A stretch of DNA of 32,000 nucleotides from Breznakia blatticola. GTDB taxonomy: Bacteria > Bacillota_I > Bacilli_A > Erysipelotrichales > Erysipelotrichaceae. Position numbers and translations under genes: made by a program. Positions 31,722 through 32,000 of the stretch are shown here, piece by piece; position 1 is the first letter of the stretch, and the number at the start of each line of letters is the position of its first letter. Where the stretch lies: contig NZ_SODD01000012.1 in assembly GCF_004365815.1 (NCBI RefSeq), forward strand, positions 27,446-59,445, read 5' to 3'. The notes under the pieces were generated by a model. That model was given only the letters and a program-made list of their open reading frames with translations, was not told the DNA's origin and did no database searches.

Positions 31722-31748
31722 AAAGCTCACTTAGGTGGGCTTTTTTTT
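31722..31748 (+). terminator. Terminator after gap
   Basis: AAAGCTCAC (31722-31730) / GTGGGCTTT (31735-31743) with one G-U pair and a TTAG loop, running into T8 (31741-31748). Confidence 0.75.
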
Positions 31749-32000
31749 ATTAATGATCGAACTATTCTAAAAGAGTTTAATAATAAGTATGATCTACTTA
31801 ATTTTTCATGACTTTTCAAGTATAAATATTCTATGTGTTTCAATTGATTTACAATGCCTAAAAAAATAAAATAGAACTTACCCAACTTTTTTGAAGGTAC
31901 GTTCTCCTCGTATAATATGTAGTGTAATCAGTTGGCTTTTCCAACTTGATTGTATTGTTCTTCTAATCTAAGATAAGAAGTGTTCTGGAAATAAGGTTGC

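Noticed and set aside
31749-32000. Possible 3' end of a minus-strand ORF at the window edge (…ATLFPEHFLS*, stop near 31968-31970), a TATAAT at 31911-31916 and a small hairpin CAGTTGG/CCAACTG-like at 31929-31948.
   Set aside because: Only about 10 codons of the putative ORF fall inside the window. The -10 has no properly spaced -35 and the hairpin has no U-tract. This is too little information to call a feature.

Overview
AT-rich, low-GC Bacillota-type chromosomal segment; an Erysipelotrichia or Bacilli-like gut anaerobe is only a guess. I saw no rRNA, tRNA, CRISPR array, transposase, integrase or recognisable defence genes. There are three blocks. (1) 1-11.7 kb is a housekeeping backbone: dps (minus strand), then uvrA, hprK, an lgt-ppaX fusion, trxB, an MBL-fold hydrolase, rapZ, yvcK, whiA, a small membrane protein and a GNAT acetyltransferase. 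The order resembles the B. subtilis uvrA/hprK-lgt-ppaX/trxB/yvcJKL region. (2) 11.8-13.2 kb is a MATE exporter. (3) 13.3-30.1 kb is a fragmented amino-sugar (GalNAc/GalN-type, aga-like) locus. It holds a KbaZ/GatZ-family gene, a NagA/AgaA deacetylase, AgaS, a mannose-family PTS (separate IIA, IIB, IIC, IID plus a second stand-alone IIB paralog), a small alpha/beta hydrolase and a divergent AraC-family regulator. This locus is interrupted by a 1953-aa secreted protein built from 17 tandem ~101-aa Ig-like modules and by a convergent two-gene operon of unknown membrane proteins. The window ends with a monocistronic gap gene behind a consensus promoter. Most worth a second look: the giant repeat protein nested in the sugar locus; the KbaZ-like gene with no partner aldolase or kinase in view; the two IIB paralogs, which share a regulatory skeleton conserved to within 1 nt (21-bp-phased AAGTGCAAA repeats, -10 block, leader hairpin) although the surrounding DNA has diverged; a different 21-bp-phased direct repeat in front of nagA; and the Lgt-PpaX fusion. 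All functions come from motif recognition by eye and all regulatory sites are predictions. I found no clear previously undescribed multi-gene system, and the novelty claims here are modest.
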